Of a stretch of DNA of 33,554 nt, positions 1 through 8,610 are shown piece after piece. The DNA is taken from the NCBI GenBank assembly GCA_019236495.1, contig JAFAIW010000140.1:1-33554 (forward strand), given 5' to 3'. Origin of the DNA: Vulcanimicrobiota bacterium (GTDB lineage Bacteria; Vulcanimicrobiota; Vulcanimicrobiia; Vulcanimicrobiales; Vulcanimicrobiaceae). Position 1 is the first letter of the stretch. Every line of letters begins with the position of its first letter. A model generated the notes under the pieces. The model did no database searches. It was not told the DNA's origin and was given only the letters and a program-made list of their open reading frames with translations. Position numbers and translations under genes: made by a program.

Positions 1-1835
1 GCAACGTCGCGTGCAACCGTCGCCTGACGCAATTGCTCGAAATCGAACGCCACCAAATCGCCGTATAATTCTTGCTCGTCCCAACTGCGGCTGGCGGGCT
101 TAATGCCGCGTACTTCGAACCGCGTAAAGAGCACGCGATGGCGCGCCGCGACGATTTGCCCGTAGTGCCCTTCTTCGACGGGCAGGCCCAGCACGCGCCC
201 GCCGATGCCCTCGAAATCGATCTCCACCGCGACCGGCGGCCGTTCTTTTTCGTCCTCTTCCTCGCGATGCGGATCGGTGCGATGGACGGGGCGCGGCTTC
301 GGTACGAGCGGCGACGGCACGTCGCTGCGTAACGTCACGACGAACGGGCGCATCGCCGCCGGAAAACTCAAATCGAATGAGAGAGCATCGTACACCGGAT
401 TGAAATCGCGCGTCGAAATGAAGAAGAGATACTTCCCTTCCGGATCCCACGCGGGAGACGAGTCGATGCGAAGCGGCGTGGTGACGTCGTGTACCTTGCC
501 CGACTTCACTTTGGCGATGCGGATAATGGAAACGTCGGTATTCGGCCACCAGGTGTAGGCGATGAACCGGCCATCCGGCGAGAACGCAACGTCCTCGATT
601 CGATTCCCCAGGCTCTTGTCGATGAGGCGGATGCTCCCGTCGCTATCGACGAGTAATAGTTCGTGACGGTGATTGGCCACCGCGAAGACGTCGGCAACGG
701 GCGAGGCCGCGAGCGTCGTGATGCGCCCGATCGGTTCTTTCGTCAGCGCGCGCGGCGCCTCGATCGCATCGCGATGGTATATTTCGATCGCTTCGAACCC
801 ACTCCGGTCGGTGACGACCGCAAACCGCTCGCCGTCGTGCATCCATTCGCTCAAACGGTACCGCGCCGCGCTGCCGGTACCGTGATGCACCGCGGCTTCT
901 TCCCAATACGGCATCGTAAAAGGCTGTCCGCGCGCGATCACGGCCAAGCCGGTTCCATCCGGCTGGGGCGCGAAATGTTCGAATTCTTCCGAGGCATGAA
1001 CGAAGCGGCGCACTGTCTGCGGTGCCGCGGAATGCGTCTCGGCTTCGATCGTGAACGTGCGGCCGGTCGCGATCTCAAACCCGCGCAAATCGCCGCCGGC
1101 GGTGTACACGACGTGCTTGCCGTCGGTCGAAGGAAAGCGTGCGTAGTATTCGCGTTCGTCCGTGTGGCGCTGCAGATCGGTACCGTCGAGCGTGCACGAA
1201 TAGAGGTTGGCGATGCCCTCGTGATCGGCCAAGAAATAGATGCGTTCGCCGATCCACATCGGCCACACCGGGTTGCCGTCGATCTGAATCAAGCGCGCAA
1301 ACGTCCCGCTGCCGTCGCGATCGATCCATAAATCTCCGGACGTACCACCTCGATAGCGCTTCCAGCGCGCGTTGTCGTCGGCGTTCCGGCCGATGACCAT
1401 GCCGCCGTGCGGCCCGAGTGAAAGCGACTTCATGTGTCCCAGCCCTAGCGCGCGCGCATGACCGCCGTCGCGCGGAACGGCGAAGCCGCAGGTTTCGCGT
1501 TCGTACCATTGCCGGTGATTGCAAACGAAGAAGATTTCCGCGCTGTCGGCCGACCACGTACAAACGCTCGCCATCGTTCCGCCGAAAAACGTGATCCGTT
1601 TGGGTTGTCCGCCCTGCGCCGGCATGGCGTACACTTCCGGATGCCCTTCGTCGCGGGCGACGAATGCGATCGTGTTTCCGTCGGGAGAAAGTCGCGGCGT
1701 GGTGCACTCTGCAAAACTTGCCGTCAAGCGCGTCGCGACGCCGCCCCCGAGCGGAGCCGACCAGAGGTCGTCCTCGCACACGAAGACCACGCGGTCGCCG
1801 CAAATCGTCGGATAGCGGTAGAAGCCCCTCTCCAT
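1..1835 (-). CDS. Tricorn protease homolog, N-terminal ~611 codons (3' part lies beyond the window start)
   Basis: Absent from the ORF track because it is open at the window edge. Manual minus-strand translation from ATG 1835..1833 gives MERGFYRYPTICGDRVVFVCEDDLWSAPLGGGVATRLT...SPDGNTIAFVARDEGHPEVY... with no stop down to nt 1. This is the typical tricorn N-terminus and beta-propeller. Track ORFs 663..1331(+) and 1075..1878(-) are Arg-rich shadow frames. Confidence 0.85.
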   Translation of the reverse strand, partial: MERGFYRYPTICGDRVVFVCEDDLWSAPLGGGVATRLTASFAECTTPRLSPDGNTIAFVARDEGHPEVYAMPAQGGQPKRITFFGGTMASVCTWSADSAEIFFVCNHRQWYERETCGFAVPRDGGHARALGLGHMKSLSLGPHGGMVIGRNADDNARWKRYRGGTSGDLWIDRDGSGTFARLIQIDGNPVWPMWIGERIYFLADHEGIANLYSCTLDGTDLQRHTDEREYYARFPSTDGKHVVYTAGGDLRGFEIATGRTFTIEAETHSAAPQTVRRFVHASEEFEHFAPQPDGTGLAVIARGQPFTMPYWEEAAVHHGTGSAARYRLSEWMHDGERFAVVTDRSGFEAIEIYHRDAIEAPRALTKEPIGRITTLAASPVADVFAVANHRHELLLVDSDGSIRLIDKSLGNRIEDVAFSPDGRFIAYTWWPNTDVSIIRIAKVKSGKVHDVTTPLRIDSSPAWDPEGKYLFFISTRDFNPVYDALSFDLSFPAAMRPFVVTLRSDVPSPLVPKPRPVHRTDPHREEEDEKERPPVAVEIDFEGIGGRVLGLPVEEGHYGQIVAARHRVLFTRFEVRGIKPASRSWDEQELYGDLVAFDFEQLRQATVARDV

Positions 1836-1901
1836 CGCGGCAGTTGGGGTTGGCGGATTCAGCGCTTGCGCCTTCCATAACTTTGTGCTACAAAGTGAGC
1901 C

Positions 1902-2621
1902 ATGGCCGTCCTCTCTCCCGCCCTGGGCTTCGTCCCTCGCCACGTCGCCGTCATCATGGACGGAAACCGACGGTGGGCTCGTGCGCGCGGGCTCTCCACG
2001 GAGGAAGGCTATCGCCGCGGCGTGGATGCGTTGCGTGGGCTCGTCCGAACCGCCGCCAAGCGCGGCGTCGAGGTCGTGACGGTCTACGGCTTTTCCACCG
2101 AGAACTGGCGGCGCGAACGCTCCGAAGTGGCGTTCTTGATGCAACTTTGCGCGATCGCCGCGAAGACCGAGATGTTCGGCCTGTTGCGCGAGAACGTGCG
2201 GGTGCGCGTCGTCGGCGACGTGTCGGCGTTTCCGGCGGCGACGCGTGCCGCGTTACGCCGTTTGGAACGCACGACCGCCAAGAATACCGGCATCGCTCTG
2301 CACCTCGCTCTCAACTATAGCGGCCGCGCGGAAATCGTGAGCGCGGTGCGACGCATCGCGAGTGCGGCTGCGGCCGGCGAGATCGCTCCCGAAGACATCG
2401 GTGAAGAAACGATCGGGGCGCACCTCTTTACGCACGGGGTTCCCGATCCGGACCTTCTGGTGCGTACCGGGGGCGAACAGCGCATTTCGAATTTTTTGTT
2501 GTACCAGTCTGCGTACGCGGAATTTTGGACGACGCCGGTGCTGTGGCCCGATTTCGATGAAGGCTGCTTCGACGAAGCGCTCGAGGAGTTCGCCCGCCGT
2601 CAGCGGCGGTTCGGATTCTGA
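1902..2621 (+). CDS. uppS: Undecaprenyl-diphosphate synthase (cis-isoprenyl transferase)
   Basis: 239 aa. HVAVIMDGNRRWA and FSTENWRR motifs; full-length family match. Confidence 0.93.
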   Translation: MAVLSPALGFVPRHVAVIMDGNRRWARARGLSTEEGYRRGVDALRGLVRTAAKRGVEVVTVYGFSTENWRRERSEVAFLMQLCAIAAKTEMFGLLRENVRVRVVGDVSAFPAATRAALRRLERTTAKNTGIALHLALNYSGRAEIVSAVRRIASAAAAGEIAPEDIGEETIGAHLFTHGVPDPDLLVRTGGEQRISNFLLYQSAYAEFWTTPVLWPDFDEGCFDEALEEFARRQRRFGF

Positions 2622-4051
2622 TCTTCGGCCTCTAAGAGGTCCGCGAGCGCGGCGACGATCTCTCCGCCGTTTTCCATTTGAACGATGAGCGGCACGAGGG
2701 CCGGCGTTGCCGCCGGACGTTCGAACGGGAGCATGACCGTGTCCTCGGGCGTTAGCGAATTCCCCGGAAAACCCGCCAAGCTGCGGAAGACCAGCTCGGC
2801 CCAGAGCGCGTTCGCCCACCCAAACTCCTGACGCGTAAATTCCCAGTAGCCACCCGCGTTGAAGCTTTCGTGAATCAAGCCTTCGTTGCTGGCGGTCTCG
2901 GCCAGCGTTGTGATGCTCTCTGCAATTTCCGCTTGCGACGTCGAGGTCAGTGCCCGCGTTAGGATGCCGAGCGGCCACACGAAACCGGCGGGAGTGTGTT
3001 CGCTGCCGATACCGGCCGCGTACGCGCCGCGAAAGTAATACGGATCGTCGTCCGACAACGCGAAGTCGCGCGTGATCAGATACTCGGGATCGAACGGCGA
3101 ACACCATTGCGCAAGCGGCAGGCCGACCAAATTCGGTAGGTTGGCATCGTCCGCGAGCAGCGCGTCGCCCAGACCGTCGACCTCGTACGCATACATCCAG
3201 CCGTGACCCGGCGCAAACACGACCCCGTAGCGCAAAATTCCTCGCACTACCTCGTCGGCAACTTGGGTGGCATCGCCGGCGAGCTGCAGGTCTCCATATG
3301 CCTCCCGCGCGATGGCGGCGATACATTGCAACGTCACCGCAGCGAAAGTTTCTTGTGGAATATTGAAACGGTAGTGGACCGGATCGTCGGACGGACGAAA
3401 CGCGGCCCAAATCATTCCGGTGTCTTGATAGCGCTCGATCGTGGAAACGCGATACGGATATTCGTAACGCCGGCACGTCGAGTGATGTTGCTCGCAGCGA
3501 TAGGTTTGCACGATGGTCCGGAGCGCGTGATGGAGCGCGTCGGTGAAAATCGTGGTATCGCCGGTGGTTTTCCAATACGTCCAAACGAGCGTGATGGGGA
3601 AGCTGAGCGAATCGATTTCCCACTTCCGCTCCCAAACGTGATAGTCGGCCTGAAATGCGTTGGCGTACGGGTCGGTCAAGATGTTCCTCGCGTTGCGTTC
3701 GATCACGCCGGCGACGCGCGGCCGTAGCGCCGGGAATCCCGCAAGGAAGCGGATGTACGGGAGCGTTTGAGCGGAAGAATCGCGCAACCACATCGCCGGA
3801 ATGTCGCCGGTTTGAACGTACGTCGTGCCGTCATCTTCGCCGAAAAAGTCTTGCATCAGCGTGTGAAAGAGCGACGCGGCTTGAATGCCGCGCACGCGGC
3901 GGCCGGTCATCGGCATGCGAATGTAGCCCGACGGCAGCGTGGCCGACGGCGTGGTCATGGGGATTTCGTGGGACGCAAAGGCGGGCGAGCGCACAACCGC
4001 AATGCACGCGATCAGGGCGAGAAGCCTGAAACGCTTCCGACGCGCGACCAT
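2600..4051 (-). CDS. Secreted GH125-family (DUF1237) exo-alpha-1,6-mannosidase-like protein
   Basis: 483 aa. N-terminal signal peptide (MVARRKRFRLLALIACIAVVRSPAFA). TGDIPAMWLRDSSAQ motif as recalled for GH125. 3' end overlaps the convergent uppS by 22 nt. Confidence 0.75.
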   Translation of the reverse strand: MVARRKRFRLLALIACIAVVRSPAFASHEIPMTTPSATLPSGYIRMPMTGRRVRGIQAASLFHTLMQDFFGEDDGTTYVQTGDIPAMWLRDSSAQTLPYIRFLAGFPALRPRVAGVIERNARNILTDPYANAFQADYHVWERKWEIDSLSFPITLVWTYWKTTGDTTIFTDALHHALRTIVQTYRCEQHHSTCRRYEYPYRVSTIERYQDTGMIWAAFRPSDDPVHYRFNIPQETFAAVTLQCIAAIAREAYGDLQLAGDATQVADEVVRGILRYGVVFAPGHGWMYAYEVDGLGDALLADDANLPNLVGLPLAQWCSPFDPEYLITRDFALSDDDPYYFRGAYAAGIGSEHTPAGFVWPLGILTRALTSTSQAEIAESITTLAETASNEGLIHESFNAGGYWEFTRQEFGWANALWAELVFRSLAGFPGNSLTPEDTVMLPFERPAATPALVPLIVQMENGGEIVAALADLLEAEDQNPNRR

Positions 4052-4096
4052 CGCTTGAAGGTGCGCCGCCGGGACGGCCGCAATCCTTTACCCGAT

Positions 4097-5095
4097 TTGT
4101 CGCACCACCATCTCGGCTACACCGTTCTCCTGCGTGATTTCGAAGCGCGCGCACCGCGGGCGCTCGCGCGCGCCATTTCGTACGCGGAAGCGGGCCAAGG
4201 CGCGCAATTGATTCGCCACCTCTTCGCCAAAACGGGGCGAGCGACCACGCTCGGTTTGACCGGTCCACCGGGCGTGGGCAAATCGACGCTCAGTTCCATG
4301 TTGGTGCGCAAGGCCCGTTCCTTGGGAAAGAGCGTCGGCGTGATTTCCGTCGATCCAAGCTCGCCGTTTTCGCACGGTGCTCTCTTGGGTGACCGCATTC
4401 GCCATACCGAGCATTTTACCGATTCCGAAGTCTTCATCCGGTCGATGGCCAGCCGCGGTCACCTCGGCGGCTTGGCGGGCGCAACCGCCGATGCGGTATT
4501 GTTGATGGATGCGTTCGGCAAGGATCTGATCGTCATCGAAACGGTCGGCGTCGGTCAATCCGAAGTCGAAATTGCCGAGCTGGCGCAGACGACCATCGTA
4601 GCGTTGCAACCGGGAAGCGGCGACTCGGTTCAGGTGCTCAAAGCGGGGATTTTGGAAGTTGCCGACATTTTCGTCGTCAACAAAGCCGACCATCCGATGG
4701 CGAATCAATTGAAGCGCGAGATTCGCTCCATGATGGAAATGCTCGACTTCAGCGGCTGGGTTCCCGAGCTGGTGATGACGCAAGCGCTTTCCGGCGAAGG
4801 CATCGACGAGCTTTGGAGCGCGATCGAGCACCACATCGCGTACTTGCACGCATCGGGTGAAATCGCGCGCAAGCGCCGCGAAGCGTTCACGCACCAAGTC
4901 CGGCAGTTGGCAATGGGACGATTGGAACGGCAACTCGATCGGGAATTGCAGAGCGAAGTCGTGGCCGGCGTCGATCCGTATGCGGCGTCGGAGCGCGTGC
5001 TCTCGGCCCTCGGCATGGCGTCGGAAGAGCCCGACGACGAACCACGCCACGCTCGGCCCCGCGCCACCGTCAAAGGTTTGCACGCGGGAACATGA
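4097..5095 (+). CDS. meaB: MeaB/ArgK-type G3E GTPase (acyl-CoA mutase chaperone)
   Basis: Walker A GPPGVGKST, ETVGVGQSE and NKAD motifs. The track ORF starts at TTG 3767 but would overlap the divergent GH125 gene by ~285 nt. In-frame TTG 4097 leaves about 11 residues before the conserved LLRDFEARAPRALARAIS helix. Exact start is uncertain. Confidence 0.88.
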   Translation: MSHHHLGYTVLLRDFEARAPRALARAISYAEAGQGAQLIRHLFAKTGRATTLGLTGPPGVGKSTLSSMLVRKARSLGKSVGVISVDPSSPFSHGALLGDRIRHTEHFTDSEVFIRSMASRGHLGGLAGATADAVLLMDAFGKDLIVIETVGVGQSEVEIAELAQTTIVALQPGSGDSVQVLKAGILEVADIFVVNKADHPMANQLKREIRSMMEMLDFSGWVPELVMTQALSGEGIDELWSAIEHHIAYLHASGEIARKRREAFTHQVRQLAMGRLERQLDRELQSEVVAGVDPYAASERVLSALGMASEEPDDEPRHARPRATVKGLHAGT

Positions 5096-6264
5096 ACGGG
5101 CGCGAGCTCTCACCGGAGACGCTGGCGCTCCATGCCGACGCGGAACTGGGCGACGCGCGCTCGGTCGCGCCGCCCATTTTCGAAACGTCCACCTTCAAGG
5201 CACAAAGCGCCGGCGAGTTCGTGGAGATGGCGACCGTCCCGCGGCACCCGGCGTTCTATACGCGTTACAACAATCCGAACCACGTGCAAGTCGTCGCCGT
5301 CGTGGCGGCCCTCGAGGGTGCGGAATCCGGCATGTTGTTTTCGTCGGGCATGGCGGCAATCAGTACCGCTGTTTTGGCGAGCGTACGCGCGGGCGATCAC
5401 GTCGTCGCGCCGCGGCAAGTGTATCCGGGCACCGCTCATCTGCTTGAAGACGTCTTGCCGCGATTCGGCGTGGAGGTAGCGCGCGTCGAGCGGCCCGATG
5501 CCGCGGCGTTCGATGCGGCCAGTATTGATCGAACGAAGCTCTACGTGCTCGAGACGCCGAGCAATCCGCTGCTGGAGATCACCGATCTGCGCGCGGTTGC
5601 CGGCGTGGCGCGTTCGCGCGGCATTCGGACGATCGTCGACAGCACGCTCGGAACCCCGATCAATCAACAGCCTCTGGCGTTGGGAATCGACGTCGTCATG
5701 CACAGCGCGACGAAATATTTGGGCGGACATTCCGACGTCATCGCCGGCATCGTTCTCGGTTCCCGCGCGCTGATCGATTCGTTTTGGCACACGTCGATCG
5801 TTCTGGGCGGAACGAGCGGACCGATCGAAGCGTGGCTCATTTTGCGCGGCCTTCGAACGCTTGCATTGCGCGTCGAGCGGCACAACCGCAACGCGCAGAT
5901 GCTCGCTGAATTCCTCGCGCAGCATCGCGCCGTCGAGCGCGTGCACTATCCCGGCCTGCAAACCCATCCGCAGCATGAGATCGCCAGGAGGCAGATGCGC
6001 GGATACGGTGGGGTGTTGAGCTTCACGTTGCGCGGTGGGTACGCTTCGGCGGAGGCGTTCATGGGGAAGGTCAAACGGGTGGCACGGGCGGCCAGCCTCG
6101 GTGGGGTAGAATCGCTGGCGGCCCACGCCGCGTCGATGTGGGCCGGTTCGCTCAGCGAAGCCCAGATGTCCGAGCGCGGGATCGATCCCGGCCTGGTGCG
6201 CCTGTCCGTTGGGATCGACGCGATCGAGGACGTCATCGACGACGTCGGCCGCGCGCTCGGTTAG
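5092..6264 (+). CDS. Cys/Met-metabolism PLP enzyme (cystathionine gamma-synthase / beta-lyase / methionine gamma-lyase family)
   Basis: 390 aa. PLP-lysine motif HSATKYLGGHSD and ETPSNPLL. ATGA start/stop overlap with meaB. Confidence 0.88.
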   Translation: MNGRELSPETLALHADAELGDARSVAPPIFETSTFKAQSAGEFVEMATVPRHPAFYTRYNNPNHVQVVAVVAALEGAESGMLFSSGMAAISTAVLASVRAGDHVVAPRQVYPGTAHLLEDVLPRFGVEVARVERPDAAAFDAASIDRTKLYVLETPSNPLLEITDLRAVAGVARSRGIRTIVDSTLGTPINQQPLALGIDVVMHSATKYLGGHSDVIAGIVLGSRALIDSFWHTSIVLGGTSGPIEAWLILRGLRTLALRVERHNRNAQMLAEFLAQHRAVERVHYPGLQTHPQHEIARRQMRGYGGVLSFTLRGGYASAEAFMGKVKRVARAASLGGVESLAAHAASMWAGSLSEAQMSERGIDPGLVRLSVGIDAIEDVIDDVGRALG

Positions 6265-6328
6265 CCGCGTTGGGAGATTTGCAGTCGCGCGTCGAAGCCG
6301 ACGCGTCCGTCAATGAGAAAGACATCGC

Positions 6329-8056
6329 TTGGCTAAGATGATCGACTCTCGGGCAAACTCGAAGCCGTCGGGCCTCAGCGCGCCGCCGGACCACGAGTTC
6401 GTGCACCAGAAGGAGCAGTGGGAAGCGGCCGCGAGCCGCGGTAAGAGCCGCACCGGCCCCGGATCGGGCGCGCTCGATCGCACCATCTCCGACCTTCCTT
6501 TAAAGACCATCTATGGCCCCGAAGACGTGCGCGACCTCGATCTCGCCCGCGATCTCAGTTATCCGGGCCAGTACCCCTACACGCGCGGCATCCATCCCAA
6601 CATGTATCGCGACCGTCTCTGGACGATGCGACAGTTCGCCGGCTTCGGAAACGCGCAGCAGACGAACGAGCGCTACCACTTCTTGCTCTCACAAGGACAG
6701 ATGGGTCTCTCGGTAGCCTTCGACATGCCCACGCTGATGGGATTCGATTCGGACGCGCAACAGGCACGCGGCGAAGTTGGAAAGTGCGGCGTGGCGGTGG
6801 ACTCACTCGCCGACATGGAAGTGCTGTTCGACGGCATCGACATGGGCGAGATCACGACGTCGATGACGATCAACGGGCCGGCGTGCATCGCCCTCGCACA
6901 GTACGTGGCAGCCGCGGAAAAAAAGGGAATTCCACGAAAAGCGCTCGGCGGAACGATTCAGGCCGACATTCTGAAAGAATACATCGCGCAGAAAGAATGG
7001 ATTTTCCCGCCACGCCCGCACATGCGCATCATCGTCGACATGATGAAATTCTGCCGCGACGAGATGCCGAAATGGAACACGATTTCGATCTCCGGTTATC
7101 ACATTCGCGAAGCCGGCTCGACGGCGGTGCAAGAGCTGGCCTTTACCCTGGCGGACGGTTTTGCGTACGTGGAAGCCGGCATCAAGGCCGGGATGGACGT
7201 CGATTCGTTTGCGTCGCGGCTGTCGTTCTTTTTCAACGCGCACATCGACTTTTTCGAAGAGATTTGCAAATACCGCGCGGCGCGGCGAATCTATGCACGC
7301 CACATGCGCGAGCGCTACGGGGCAAAGGATCCACGCTCGTGGCAGCTGCGCTTCCATACTCAAACCGCCGGCTGCAGCGCCACGGCTCAGCAACCCGAGA
7401 ATAACATCGTGCGCGTGGCGTACGAGGCGCTCGCCGCCGTCCTGGGCGGAACGCAATCGCTGCACACCAACTCCATGGACGAAGTGCTCGCTCTGCCGAC
7501 CGAGAAGTCCGTGGAGATCGCGCTGCGCACGCAGCAGGTGCTCGCGTACGAGACGAACGCGACGAACGTGGTCGATCCGCTGGGGGGATCGTATTTCATC
7601 GAAAGCCTCACGGATCAAATGGAACGCGAAGCGGAAGCATACTTCCGGCAAATCGAAGAGTTTGGCGGCGTCATCGAAGCGATCGAAGCGGGATTTTTCC
7701 AGCGGGAGATTGCCGACGCGTCCTATCGTTATCAGCGCTCGCTGGAAACCAAAGATCGCGTGATCGTGGGGGTCAATTGCTTCGAGAAGCCCGAAGACGA
7801 CCACGGCATCGACCTTTTGAAAATCGGCGACGAAATCGAGCGCGGCCAAGCGCGTTCGGTCGAGCGTTTGCGCGCCGGACGAGACGCCGGCAAGACGCAA
7901 GAGGCACTCCGGCGCCTGAAGCGCGCCTGTACCGATCCCGCGGACAATTTGATGCCGCACCTGATCGAGTGCGTCAATGCCTATGCAACCGAAGGTGAGA
8001 TCGTGGAGGCAATGGTGGAAGTGTACGGCAGATACACGGAAAGCCCGGCGTTTTGA
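6329..8056 (+). CDS. B12-dependent acyl-CoA mutase large (catalytic) subunit with an isobutyryl-CoA-mutase-like active-site signature
   Basis: 575 aa. YPYTRGIHPNMYRDRLWTMRQFAGFG, GLSVAFDMPT, SISGYHIREAG, ends GRYTESPAF. Start is TTG 6329 or ATG 6338. Has Phe103 and Gln221 at the positions that are Tyr89/Arg207 in methylmalonyl-CoA mutase. Confidence 0.9.
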   Translation: MAKMIDSRANSKPSGLSAPPDHEFVHQKEQWEAAASRGKSRTGPGSGALDRTISDLPLKTIYGPEDVRDLDLARDLSYPGQYPYTRGIHPNMYRDRLWTMRQFAGFGNAQQTNERYHFLLSQGQMGLSVAFDMPTLMGFDSDAQQARGEVGKCGVAVDSLADMEVLFDGIDMGEITTSMTINGPACIALAQYVAAAEKKGIPRKALGGTIQADILKEYIAQKEWIFPPRPHMRIIVDMMKFCRDEMPKWNTISISGYHIREAGSTAVQELAFTLADGFAYVEAGIKAGMDVDSFASRLSFFFNAHIDFFEEICKYRAARRIYARHMRERYGAKDPRSWQLRFHTQTAGCSATAQQPENNIVRVAYEALAAVLGGTQSLHTNSMDEVLALPTEKSVEIALRTQQVLAYETNATNVVDPLGGSYFIESLTDQMEREAEAYFRQIEEFGGVIEAIEAGFFQREIADASYRYQRSLETKDRVIVGVNCFEKPEDDHGIDLLKIGDEIERGQARSVERLRAGRDAGKTQEALRRLKRACTDPADNLMPHLIECVNAYATEGEIVEAMVEVYGRYTESPAF

Positions 8057-8058
8057 TC

Positions 8059-8202
8059 GTGGTTACGAAAACCGAGAAGCGCGAGCTCACGCGGCGTACG
8101 CTCGAAGAAGTCATGCGTAAGCTCGAGGAAGCGCTCGCCTTGAGCAAACTTCGGGACGAATTCGAGCGCCATTCGTGCGAAGAAAACGAGCGCGATGCCT
8201 AG
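8059..8202 (+). CDS. Candidate 47-codon highly charged helical peptide between the mutase subunit genes
   Basis: GTG 8059 lies 2 nt after the large-subunit TGA. Stop TAG 8200..8202 overlaps the small-subunit ATG (ATGCCTAG). Translation: VVTKTEKRELTRRTLEEVMRKLEEALALSKLRDEFERHSCEENERDA. Below the ORF-track size cutoff; no family recognised. Confidence 0.3.
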   Translation: MVTKTEKRELTRRTLEEVMRKLEEALALSKLRDEFERHSCEENERDA

Positions 8203-8608
8203 GCCGTTACGCATCGTCGTGGCGAAGGCCGGCTTGGACGGCCACGACCGCGGCGCGAAAGTGATCGCGCGAGCGCTGCGCGATGCGGGGATGGAAGTGA
8301 TTTACACCGGGCTATTTCAAACGCCCGAGCAGATCGTACAAACCGCCATTCAAGAGGACGCCGACGGCATTGGGCTTTCGATCCTCTCCGGCGCGCACAT
8401 GACGTTGTTTCCGCTGATCGTCGAGCAGTTGAAGGCACAAGGTGCCGACGACATCGTGTTCTTCGGAGGGGGAACCATCCCGCCGGAAGACGCCGCCGAA
8501 TTGAAGGCGCGCGGCGTACGTGAGATCTTCACGCCGGGTGCGCCGCTGGCGGAGATCATCGACTTCGTGCAACGTGAATGCGGCAAACGCCGCGAGCTGG
8601 TGGGATAG
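8195..8608 (+). CDS. Acyl-CoA mutase small subunit (cobalamin-binding domain)
   Basis: 137 aa. B12-binding DxHxxG motif (GLDGHDRGAKVIARALRDAGMEVIYTG) and SILSGAH. Confidence 0.92.
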   Translation: MPRPLRIVVAKAGLDGHDRGAKVIARALRDAGMEVIYTGLFQTPEQIVQTAIQEDADGIGLSILSGAHMTLFPLIVEQLKAQGADDIVFFGGGTIPPEDAAELKARGVREIFTPGAPLAEIIDFVQRECGKRRELVG

Positions 8609-8610
8609 CG

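Noticed and set aside
2253-3791. Long minus/plus-strand ORFs rich in Arg/Ala/Gly overlapping known genes (e.g. 2253..3791-, 4088..5113-, 6803..7960-, 8350..9339-, 22577..23668-, 23923..25281+, 26315..27379-, 28739..29866-)
   Set aside because: These are shadow frames typical of high-GC DNA. Their composition is Arg-rich and low in information. Each lies entirely inside a strongly conserved gene in another frame.
3767-4096. N-terminal extensions of track ORFs: meaB from 3767, uvrB from 20458, GH38 from 22502, prs to 20867, gltX from 8578
   Set aside because: The extensions overlap neighbouring conserved genes and encode non-conserved Arg-rich sequence. Internal starts match the family N-termini.
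6288-6305. Perfect 7-bp hairpin CGCGTCG-aagc-CGACGCG between the PLP gene and the mutase gene, as a possible terminator or attenuator
   Set aside because: No U-tract follows and the stem is short. It may be incidental in GC-rich DNA, so I did not call it as a feature.
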